In this document: one piece after another, positions 14,501 through 24,470 of the stretch
How the letters are laid out: every line of letters begins with the position of its first letter
Position numbering within the stretch: position 1 is the stretch's first letter
NCBI GenBank assembly: GCA_002269645.1
Contig: NIVC01000126.1
Location: 558,001 to 622,000, forward strand
Reading direction: 5' to 3'
DNA length: 64,000 nt
From: Macrostomum lignano
Taxonomy: Eukaryota
Notes under the pieces: model-generated
What the model saw: only the letters and a program-made list of their open reading frames with translations
The model's database searches: none
Told to the model about the DNA's origin: nothing
Made by a program: the position numbers and the translations under genes

Positions 14501-17500
14501 TAAAAGAATAGCGCCACCTGAAGGACTCAATAAAGAATGGCGCCACCTGAAGGATTCAATAAAGTAACGGCGCCACCGGAAGGATTCAATAAAGAATGGC
14601 GCCACCTGAAGGATTCAATAAAGAATGGCGCCACCTGAAGGATTCAATAAAGAATGGCGCCACCTGAAGGATTCAATAAAAGAATGGCGCCACCTGAAGG
14701 ACTCAATAAAGAATGGCGCCACCTGAAGGATTCAATAAAGTAACGGCGCCACCGGAAGGATTCAATAAAGAATGGCGCCACCTGAAGGATTCAATAAAGA
14801 ATGGCGCCACCTGAAGGATTCAATAAAGAATGGCGCCACCTGAAGGATTCAATAAAGAATGGCGCCACCTGAAGGACTCAATAAAGAATGGCGCCACCTG
14901 AAGGGCTCAATAAAGAGTGGCGCCACCTGAAGGATTCAATAAAGAATGGCGCCACCTGAAGGATTCAATAAAGAGTGGCGCCACCTGAAGGATTCAATAA
15001 AGAGTGGCGCCACCTGAAGGATTCAATAAAGAGTGGCGCCACCTGAAGGATTCAATAAAGAATGGCGCCACCTGAAGGATTCAATAAAGAATGGCGCCAC
15101 CTGAAGGATTCAATAAAGAGTGGCGCCACCTGAAGGATTCAATAAAGAGTGGCGCCACGTGAAGGATTCAATAAAGAGTGGCGCCACCTGAAGGATTCAA
15201 TAAAAGAATGGCGCCACCTGAAGGACTCAATAAAGAATGGCGCCACCTGAAGGATTCAATAAAGAATGGCGCCACCTGAAGGACTCAATAAAGAGTGGCG
15301 CCACCTGAAGGACTCAATAAAGAATGGCGCCACCTGAAGGACTCAATAAAGAGTGGCGCCACCTGAAGGACTCAATAAAGAATGGCGCCACCTGAAGGAT
15401 TCAATAAAGAATGGCGCCACCTGAAGGATTCAATAAAGAATGGCGCCACCTGAAGGATTCAATAAAGAATGGCGCCACCTGAAGGATTCAATAAAGAATG
15501 GCGCCACCTGAAGGACTCAAAAAAGAATGGCGCCACCTGAAGGACTCAATAAAGAATGGCGCCACCTGAAGGGCTCAATAAAGAGTGGCGCCACCCGAAG
15601 GTTTCAATAAAGAATGGCGCCACCTGAAGGATTCAATAAAGAATGGCGCCACCTGAAGGACTCAATAAAGAATGGCGCCACCTGAAGGACTCAATAAAGA
15701 ATGGCGCCACCTGAAGGATTCAATAAAGAATGGCGCCACCTGAAGGACTCAATAAAGAGTGGCGCCACCTGAAGGGCTCAATAAAGAGTGGCGCCACCCG
15801 AAGGTTTCAATAAAGAATGGCGCCACCTGAAGGACTCAATAAAGAATGGCGCCACCTGAAGGACTCAATAAAGAATGGCGCCACCTGAAGGATTCAATAA
15901 AGAATGGCGCCACCTGAAGGACTCAATAAAGAGTGGCGCCACCTGAAGGATTCAATAAAAGAATAGCGCCACCTGAAGGACTCAATAAAGAATGGCGCCA
16001 CCTGAAGGATTCAATAAAGTAACGGCGCCACCGGAAGGACCCAATAAAGAATGGCGCCACCTGGAGGGCGTTGATTTTCAAAGAATACAAAATTTTGAGT
16101 ACGTCGGCTCACAATTGGGATCCGTGGTTTGCAGCAGACCATACAAATGCCTAATCCGGCTCATGATATGACACGTTGCCATGGTGATAGTTCGAAGCGC
16201 AATAAAGTCGGTGAACCGAATAGCTAATTTTCGAATCGAGCTGGCGAGCGCAGTAAAAAACAAGCAGGTAAAACCAAGGATCCCGTAGCAAATGATTTTA
16301 TTCGGATAAATGGGGGAAATTTTTTCACATTTTCGTCCTTTAGGACGGCCTTGCATCCGCATAGAAAAAGCATCTTCGTCACTGAATTTGAGGTACAGGC
16401 GGTACAGAAAGGTGCAAGTTATGAAGGCCAGGATGTAGGGCACCAGCAGGCGTCTGAACAGGTTCATCAGAGAGCTGCCCAGCTCGCTCAGGCTCAACGT
16501 TTCACTGACGGACTTGCCTGTGTGAGAGTGCGGTTTGATGGCCACAGCTTTTGTATCGTCTTGTTTGAGATCTGAACACACAGAGATACCCTAACTATAG
16601 CTATTTTTAGCAGCTAATTCATTCTCACTGAATTGTCGGATTTACCAGCACCGGGATTTCCCCTGATAGCTATTTTTAGCATCCAGGTATTTACCACTTT
16701 CTTCTCGACGATTTCAATGCGGTTGGGATTCCCTAATTATAGCTATTTTTAGCAGCTAGTTCATTCTCACTGAATTGTCGGATTTACCAGCACCGGGATT
16801 TCCGATGATAGCTATTTTTAGTACCCAAGATATTTACCACCGTCTTTACGACGATTTCAATGCGATTAGGATTCCCTGGCAATTTGCAATTATAGCTATT
16901 TTTAGCAGCTAATTCGTTCTCACTAAATTGTCGGATTTACTACCACGGGGATTCCCATGATAACTATTTTTAGCATCCAGGTATTTACCACTGTCTTCTC
17001 TCGAAGATTTCAATACGATTTGGATTCCCTAATTATATTCGTAGGCGGTCGTAGCTATTTTTAGCAGCTAGCTCAGTGGCCCTGAATCGGTTGTGCCTTA
17101 AAGTGCGCCAGGGTGCACACTGCCCCCTGCTTATGATAAACCCCCTTACTGCAACATTCATAGATATTTTTCGGTGCGAAACATCACAGTTACACCCTGG
17201 ATAAACCAATTTACTGACAAATTACCCTGACATTGTGGCGTTTCCAGCTAACAGATGCAATAGAGAAATCAGTGCTTCGGTGCCACCTGTTAATTCGTCA
17301 ATGCAGGTGTATCTGAAAATTAAAGCTATTATCAAAAAATTTCTAAGCCCCCTCGACCAGCTAGTAAGTACCTGTGGCGTCAGCATGCAGACAGCATTTT
17401 GCTTTCGCGCAACTTCAATTAGCAAATGCGTCAACGAAACAAAACTTTTTGAATGCATATCTGTTGCCAACATAAATAACTAATCATTGATCTTAAGATG

Positions 17501-18061
17501 AAAAATAATTGGCTCATAATTTTGAGTTCAAAGAACTGATTAATTTGAAAAGCCAGGAAGAGACTGCTATTTTTTTTATTAGAGGCAGGGGTGGTGTGCA
17601 TCCTGGCGGACTTTAATCGACATTGTCACAACCGGCGAGAGGCATTACTGCCCATTCCGCCGACTCCCCTGAGCAGGCACACAAGCGCGCGGATGCGTAC
17701 GCAGTCACACGCACATGCACACACTCACACAGGAGTGTACAGCGGGCTGTTAATTTCGTGTCTTCTTCCCCTAGAAGAAGAGTTGTCCGATTTTTATTCA
17801 GGGAACGACTGAACTTCCGGTAAATATATCTAGGAATTGACTCAAGGGAACAGCGCTACATCCGGTTCAGCAGAAGGCCGAACTCTCACCTTCGTCGGCA
17901 GACCGGAAAGCCTCCTTAGGCATTCGAGTGAGCGGATGGCCGATTAAGAGCGCCTCCATGGTGCGGCTGGAGAGGTGCGCAGGCCGAGTCTTTGGGTGTC
18001 TGACAAAGTTCTCCAGCTCCTCGGCTCTGAAACTCGCCAGTCGAACAGTCTGGGCATCCAT
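2592..18061 (-). CDS. SLC9C1: SLC9C/sNHE-like (sperm-type Na+/H+ exchanger family) multi-pass membrane protein with C-terminal CNBD-like region, ~1050-1080 aa
   Basis: Phase-consistent exon chain: 18061-17890, 17460-17287 (or 17226), 16571-16113, 10854-10678, 9893-9710, 7518-7333, 7040-6808, 6187-5932, 4727-4238 (weak donor), 3567-3082, 3009-2886, 2824-2592; AATAAA on the minus strand near 2505. Motifs recalled from SLC9C1: LLQTTDP (NHE 'SATDP'), LTSILILRPQLSKL (~LTLLLISPVLSRV), SDQKSVLLQH (~SDKEKSQILFH), GNFLRTDGWSISKYNFLLS (~CNBD [20 protein letters not shown]), FQKTTL...AVWTRCALKL (~FIPKTHL...KMWLKLGLAI). The exon 2 donor and the 4238->3567 join are uncertain. Confidence 0.68.
3963..4120 (-). 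mobile_element. Short dispersed repeat (MITE/SINE-like), copy 1
   Basis: The reverse complement matches 17585-17752 closely (CAACCGGCGAGAGGCAT.ACTGCCCATTCCGC.GACT.CCCTGAGCAGGCACACAAGCGCGCGGAT) and matches 38222-38300 in part. Confidence 0.75.
4757..5779. repeat. 18-bp intronic minisatellite (GTTGCTAAGTAACCTGTC), ~57 copies
   Basis: Fills the intron between the exons ending at 5932 and starting at 4727. Source of the SNDRLL/LSNLSL repeat ORFs. Confidence 0.97.
6290..6760. repeat. Degenerate ~15-bp GAGGGGAATCCCT repeat
   Basis: Many GGGGAATCCC variants. The same family occurs inverted at 18740-19075. Confidence 0.85.
7575..9692. repeat. 31-34-bp intronic minisatellite (TCACTCACTAGTGCACTCTAATCAACAGGYA)
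   Basis: Period 31 (AATCAAC at 8041 and 8072), with +2 and +3 variants. Fills the 9710->7518 intron. Confidence 0.97.
9941..10665. repeat. 19-bp intronic minisatellite (GACTGGCAGATTGGAAACA)
   Basis: Period 19 (10201/10220). Fills the 10678->9893 intron. Confidence 0.96.
10955..16062. repeat. 5.1-kb 29-bp satellite (GAATGGCGCCACCTGAAGGATTCAATAAA), ~175 copies with higher-order structure
   Basis: Continuous 29-bp units with no unique spacers. Fills the 16113->10854 intron. The variant pattern repeats at a ~1019-bp offset (11042 vs 12061). Confidence 0.98.
16595..17075. repeat. Degenerate ~145-bp tandem repeat, ~3.3 copies
   Basis: TAGCTATTTTTAGCAGCTA recurs near 16597, 16739, 16891 and 17051, each followed by TTGTCGGATTTAC (first three copies). 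Confidence 0.8.
17585..17752 (+). mobile_element. Short dispersed repeat, copy 2 (intron 1 of the SLC9C-like gene)
   Basis: Homologous to 3963-4120 (inverted) and to 38222-38300. Confidence 0.75.
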
Positions 18062-18739
18062 TATTTCGATTTGTTGAAAGTTTCAATTTTTTTATATATA
18101 GTAAATATACAAGCCAGTTTTTAATATGGGATGAATTCGTTATATAAGCTTAGTCGTGCTGTGCTGTAAATGATTTTTGCTAACATCAATGTCTATGGCC
18201 GAAACCTCTGTTATTTAAACCTCACTGGCCAGGTGGTTTGTCGTGAGTCATTGATCAATGAACTGGCTTTCTAACTTTCATTCTTCCCTGTCTCAGTTTG
18301 AAAACCTCGTAAAAATAGTTTGGCTTTCATTTAGTATTGATAATTTTTAGAGCTTCCAGGACAGCGCTGTAATCACGTTGAACGATAACGAACATATCTA
18401 TTGTACTCATAGATCGATAGAGACAAACAGGCTTTATTACGAGATATTGCTTTTAATTTCGTGTATATTGTATAAGTCGATATTGCCAACTGATAATTTC
18501 TGTTTGAGTCAAATAAAAGTGCAAAGGCTGGTATACACGAGGCAAAAAATATAAAAAAGTAGTATAAAAAAAAGATTAAATTGTTGTTTGTTTGTACGAG
18601 CGTATTCTATCATATGAATTTATTACATTCGCAATAATTACCCTATTTATCATCGGACACATGTTCGTAAAGATCTACTCGTATGTAGCTTTACACACTA
18701 GGGTTACTCTGACTAAGCGGGGCCAACATAGTAAATCCC

Positions 18740-19075
18740 TGTCAGTGGAATCCCCTTCCGGGAAAACCCCCTCAGTAAAATCCCCTCTTTGTGGAATCCC
18801 CCTTGATAGAATCCCCCTCAGTGGAATCCCCCTCAGTGGAATCCCCCTCAGTGGAATCCCCTTCAGTGGAATCCCCTTCAGGGAAATCCCACTTTTTGTG
18901 GAACCTCCCTCTTTGGAAACCCCTCTTTGTGTAACCCCCCTCAATGGAATCGAATCCCCCTCAATGGAATCCCCTTAGGGAAATCACCTCCAGTGGAATC
19001 CCTCTCAGGGAAATCCTCCTCTTAGCGGAATCCCTCTCACTGGAATCCCCCTCGGTGGAGTCCTCTCAGTGGAAC
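18740..19075. repeat. Degenerate GGAATCCCCCTCAGT repeat (inverted relative of 6290-6760)
   Basis: Repeated GTGGAATCCCC units. Confidence 0.85.
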
Positions 19076-19391
19076 CCAAGTAAGCTCTACAACAGGTTTA
19101 CAAAGTTACAACTACAACTAATTCAAGCTCCTGTCTTTTCGTTTTTGGAGGAGCAACCCCCAACTGCCCTACACTACAGTGCACTGTTCTGCAGACATGG
19201 GTATATGGATAATGCTTACCAACTATGGCAAATAAGTATGGTCCAGAAAAAATAGATATTATATAGTTTGTAGTAAAGACAAAACATTGTGCTGTAAAAA
19301 TCTAAGAAAATTTAGAAAATAGAAGAAAAGTCTCACTAAAAATTCGGCAGTTCACCTTTCACGTTCATAATTGTCCCACATTTAATTAGCT

Positions 19392-19664
19392 TTAGTGGTA
19401 CAGCTTGCACTGTAGAACTTCTTTGTCGGCGCATTCTCGAACTTTGTTAAAATAATAGAAACTCCCGTCGCGTCGTTCGAGCTTTTTAATAAAACCGGAG
19501 CCATTCCAGCGTTCTGGATCGCTTCCACGCACAGACCGGTACTCCTGGGCGTCCCGGTAGCCGGCCAGCTGGAACCGGTAGGCGTCCTCCACCTGTTCGC
19601 TCCAGGCCTTCGGTCGGACACAGGTGGCAGCTGTTGCTGCTCCATCGGCGGCTGCGGCGGCCAT
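19392..19664 (-). CDS. MEIG1: Meiosis-expressed gene 1 protein homolog, 90 aa, single coding exon
   Basis: [22 protein letters not shown]...RW...[27 protein letters not shown] matches the MEIG1 pattern [22 protein letters not shown]...[27 protein letters not shown]. The ATG at 19664 follows a TTTTTTCAG acceptor by 7 nt. Confidence 0.95.
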   Translation of the reverse strand: MAAAAADGAATAATCVRPKAWSEQVEDAYRFQLAGYRDAQEYRSVRGSDPERWNGSGFIKKLERRDGSFYYFNKVRECADKEVLQCKLYH

Positions 19665-21073
19665 ATTTAAGCTGAAAAAAATATTTGCATCATTAAAGTC
19701 TTTGAAAAATTTGTACATAAGACAGGTATTTATACTAAAGAAAAAACATTGAAATAAAAAATTGCAATTTGAAAAAAACTTTCTTACTTACACATTAAGG
19801 CAGCTAAAATTACTTTTAATTAATTGGAAAGACATTTAGAAATTTATCTAATAGCTAAGATACAATTTTTGGTTTTATTACTGTGTGGACAGTGCGTATT
19901 TGATTTTTTTAAATAACGTTCTGCAAGAAGATATTGCAGTAATCTATACGTACATACAGTAGTCACTACTACGAGCGCACATTATGATTCAAAGATGATG
20001 CTGCTAGTACTAAAAACAATGAAACTCATTTTATAGTTTATCCAAGTTTATTTTAATCGGGATAGATTAAATTTATCATCTCATTTAACTGATGCTTGTT
20101 ATTGTTATCGCATCAGTCAAAAATCCAAGATGCAAGATGCAACTGGTGCTAGTTAATAAATAATGCTAACACTTAGATAGGGTCGAAGAATAAAAATTTC
20201 AGTATACTTCACCCAGTAGTAATCAGTCAAAAAGAATTCCTAGCATCAACGAGAAACAACAATAAGCTTCTTACTTGACTACATACTTTGTAAACAATGC
20301 CCCCAACAACAACAACTAACTGTATTGGTATTAATAGATTTTTCCAGCAGAAAATCATTCTGTCGAATTCCTGAGACGTTAAAATTCGCTATTCTTACCC
20401 AAAAAGAATACTTTTGAATCGCTTTTGAATGAAAAAGGAAAAAGAGATAAATGACAAGTTGTTGACTGGGATTAGGCTGCACGGTTATATTAGGTTATTA
20501 AAGTGAGAGAAAATTTCAATGTTAAAAACATGAACAGAAGCTACTATGTATTATCTATCAAGGATATTATAAGAATAAAAATAACAAACATGTTTTTAAA
20601 TTAAAAAAAATTGTTTTACTAAAAAAGTAATTAAATTGTAGGTATGACGTTTTTAAATTTGTTAAGATGTACAACTTATACGCTTTTTTTAAAAAGTACA
20701 CATGTTCCAAGAAAAGAGGCGGAACAGAATTTAAACCAGGTCCAGGTTTGGTAAGTGTAGTTGTTAGTTATGGCTAAACATTTAAAGATGTTAAAGCGGA
20801 AGTACTATGGGCACGAGATTTAAATATATTGATAGTCAATATATATGCTATATTGCTCTCTTATCAAAGATTAACTGCGAAGTCTTATCGTTCAGTACAC
20901 TATAGTCTATAGTATACTGTACTGTAAATGACTGGTTAGGTAGGCCCCCTGCCACTAGCATCATACACGCGTCTAAAAGTTGAGGTCAAGCCTAAAAGAT
21001 TAACTAGCAAACATTTTCGTACAGTGTAACCATGTATCCTCCCTCACCCAGTGGGCCAGTGCCCATATACCAA

Positions 21074-21379
21074 GGTATCTAGTCAATCTGGCAACAGGAC
21101 GATCCAGCAACAGTCAAAACGGCGACAGTCTATCTGACAACAATTTGTAGCAAAGAGCTAATACATGTAAACTGGCTATTGTATACTATTGTATACTGGT
21201 CATCCCAAAGTGAATTATCTATATATAAAATAAAAAAATAAAGTTCATGTTAAATTTTGTTTGTATCTAAAATCCATAGAATACAATATAAAATTTGTCA
21301 CTAGATTGTCTATTATGGATTTGACTATTGCTAGATTGTCTATTGCCAGATTGTCTTGTCCCTGGATTGTTTGGAAGCC
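21074..21379. mobile_element. Degenerate MITE with GG...CC termini and 8-bp TSD
   Basis: TATACCAA at 21066-21073 and 21380-21387. Imperfect inverted ends built from ~15-bp (G/A)CAATCTGGCAA-type subrepeats. Confidence 0.55.
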
Positions 21380-21553
21380 TATACCAACCCCCTATCCCAA
21401 GGTGTAGGCCTACTTATACATTATACGTGCAGATTATATGGCTATTTTTGGTTGCCAATTGGCAACTAGCCAAATTTTTGAGGATGGATATTTCCAAGGC
21501 TACATTTGAAAAGTAGAAATTAATTCTCTGAACTTTAAGATTGCTATCTGTTC

Positions 21554-22222
21554 GGTTGACGGTCATTTCGTCTGCCGCCTTTTTGTCTGCCGCCTTTCCG
21601 TCTGCCAATATACGATATAGTCGTTTCGTCTGCCAATATATATAATATATAAATCGGAATAACTAATTATGTCATCAAGCTTCGCATGGAAGTGTAATGT
21701 AAATGTCTTATTAATTCTAATTTATTATAATGCTAGGATTTTTCTGCAAGTTCCGGAGCTAATATGTTGCATATATATAAATACACAAAGCCAGAAGCAA
21801 ATATCTCCAAGTTCCAACCGTTTAGTTTTCTTTCTTACTTTTTTTTCGTGTATGTAAACTCATATGCAATTTATTCACGAATACAAGTAGCTTAAATGCA
21901 CAAAGTGTAAAATGTAAGGAGCAATCGAAATTGTAGGCACAAAAAATGTAAACTCATATGCAATTTATTCACGAATACAAGTAGCTTAAATGCACAAAGT
22001 GTTAAAAAAAGGTAAGTTAGGTTTCGTAGAAAATGAAGAAAAACAAAATGTATCAATATAAATAAGAAAACATACTTAAAACTTGCTTATACTAATTTAT
22101 TTTAATTCCCTACATAAAAATTACGAAATAAGTGAACCAAAATAAACATAAATAAAAAAGTCGTTTCGTCTGCTAAAATTCTTTGGCAGACGAAAAGGCG
22201 GCAGACGAAATGACCGCGGACC
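21554..22222. mobile_element. 669-bp MITE with GG...CC termini, TIRs of GGCAGACGAAA subrepeats and 8-bp TSD
   Basis: TSD ATCTGTTC at 21546-21553 and 22223-22230. TIR CGGTCATTTCGTCTGCCGCCTTTT is mirrored at the right end. Internal ~56-bp direct duplication at 21853/21947. Confidence 0.88.
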
Positions 22223-22939
22223 ATCTGTTCTGTGCTACAAATAATAACAAACTAATAATTCCATCATATCAATTTATAAGACACTTTTATTACACTTACA
22301 AAATTATTTTTTGAAATTGGCAACTGGCACAAAGAAAATGAAGTTGTCAGATTGGCCTCTGATGTTTAAAATTCTATTGCTAATGAAATTTTCAAGGGGC
22401 CAAAAGCCATATGGCCCCAAAAATGCACATGCAAAACAAAAAAATTGACCAAGAAAGAGACTAAATAGCAGATTTTTTGCTAAAAAAAGTGCATATATTT
22501 TTGGATTTAAGATGTTAAAAAGCCTAGAGGCACCAATTCTAACACAAATATCTCTCTTTAGAATGAGAAGCAATATATTATAAGTAGAAAAAAGTAATGG
22601 TCTTTGTATGGGATGAGTAGGCCTAGTAGAGCCTATTGGGTATTTGAGTACCTAAGCCTTATCTAGAAATAAATAGTCATAGAACCATATATTGAATACT
22701 TGTTCTCCTATTCCATTTAAGAAATCAATGAAAATGAAAATTGCCATGTATTTTTGTCTTATAGTCATTGCAAAATTGTGCAGCACAGTTGCAACAAAAT
22801 AGCTAACCCATGCTAGTCTTGTAGGCAAGGCATGTTATAGGTAGAAAGTGTTCCATAAAAGCACTTTTTCATATAAAAAGCAATGAGAAATTTTTCCATT
22901 CAACCTTCTAAGGCATGTAATTGTATGTTATCTTTGGTC

Positions 22940-23108
22940 CATACTTGGGCGCAACCTAGGGATTCACCCGGCCATTTCTATTGGCAATGCAAGTCGCTAT
23001 TGGATGGAATAGTAGTCACGTGACTGCTCTCAGCCAATAGGCTAGCAACTTACATGTGTGTGTTGCCAATAGAAATGGCCAAGTGATTCCCAAGGTTGCG
23101 CATGTATG
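22940..23108. mobile_element. 169-bp palindromic hAT-type MITE (CA...TG ends, 8-bp TSD)
   Basis: TSD CTTTGGTC at 22932-22939 and 23109-23116. ~46-bp inverted arms (CATAC..GCGCAACC..GGCCATTTCTATTGGCAA) and a central AGTCACGTGACT palindrome. CA/TG termini with an 8-bp TSD are typical of hAT. Confidence 0.88.
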
Positions 23109-23925
23109 CTTTGGTCTATCAATATTAAGAGACTTCTCTAAGATAGGATGCATTGATCACAGTTTCAGAGTTATGGTTCTTTGGATTTATGTCAGGTTGC
23201 CACCTAACAAAATACAAGCCTTTACCCATATTCCAGTAACTTATTGCTTTAATTTGTTATGCTAAAAAGAAAATTGTAATACTTTAATAGTTTTTTTAAT
23301 ATGAAGTTTTTTATAATAATATATTCAAATATCATATTAGAAAGTAGGCCTAATATACATTGTAGGTTTCTTTGTTTCCTTATTCTACTATCTCACTAAT
23401 GCCACTAAGTTGTTGTAGTACTAGTAATCCTTTCTATAAAAATCCCACCCTTTGTTACCAAGTTATAATGGGATTTCTATTCTATGGCCATTATGCTACT
23501 ATAGGCCTAATTATATTTTCTACTCATGATTCTATGTCTAATTTCCTAATTCCTTACTAACTAAGTATGGGCTTGTCTATACAATTTACCCTTGATAGCT
23601 TTAGTGCCTGAGCAACAAGACACTGCTGACTACTAACTACTAGCTTATATAGTCCAAAATATTATTATTAATGATTGAGGGGTTTCTGGCTTTGAAGCCT
23701 AGCAACTAATATAAGATGTGTTCTTTGTTTGGCCAATAGCCTCAACTGTTCTCAAAGGAAGTAAGGCCTCTTAACCTTTAGCTTCATCACTGGCATGCCA
23801 CTTTCTGCTAAAAGCTTCAGCAGAAAAGTATATTAGCAGTTTGATATTTGCAATAGTGTAGTCTAGACTATATAATGGTAATAGGGACTAAGTTCAAATA
23901 CTCAATAAATAGTATACCAAGAGAT

Positions 23926-24470
23926 TTAGTATATTTGGATTATACTGGCAGCGGATATACTCACAGTTTTGGCAGCCATTGGTATGCCATTGTCAAACTG
24001 TATGCCTAGCTTTGTTGGTGGTGTTGGCATTGGCTTTGCATCTAGATACAGCTTGTTTCCTATGTTCTCATCCACAAAAGATGCGGAGCTGGCAATAGGA
24101 ACATTTGATGGGATTGTTGCCAGAGTCTGAGTTATCATGGCAAATCTCAGCTGATTGGCATCAACTAGCACTCTGCCAATCCTGATGTTAGCAAAGTCCT
24201 CTTCTATCATGTTGAGTTTAAATGTGTCAATGTTCATCTCCTCCACATCACAGTTGTTGAGCTGCATGAGTCCTGCGCACCAGGCAACAACTGAACCACA
24301 GACAATGGCTCCATACAGATTGTTGATTGGGCCTGAGGAGAACCACCTCCTCCTTGACCTTCAGGGCCACCTCCAGGCCCATTGGCAGGCAGAGGCAGTG
24401 GATAAGGCAGACCAGGTGGACTACCACCACAACTGCTAGCAGGACCTCCTAGAACGCGGAATGTCACATA
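23926..24470 (-). pseudogene. CpG-decayed, unidentified coding remnant (possibly TE or viral)
   Basis: GC-richer island with a ~140-codon open frame on the minus strand inside an AT-rich tract. Very few CpG. Gly/Pro-rich adjacent part. No splice structure or family recognised. Confidence 0.3.

Noticed and set aside
10955-16062. CRISPR-like array (29-bp repeats)
   Set aside because: Monomers are directly adjacent with no unique spacers, there are no cas genes, and the context is a eukaryotic intron.
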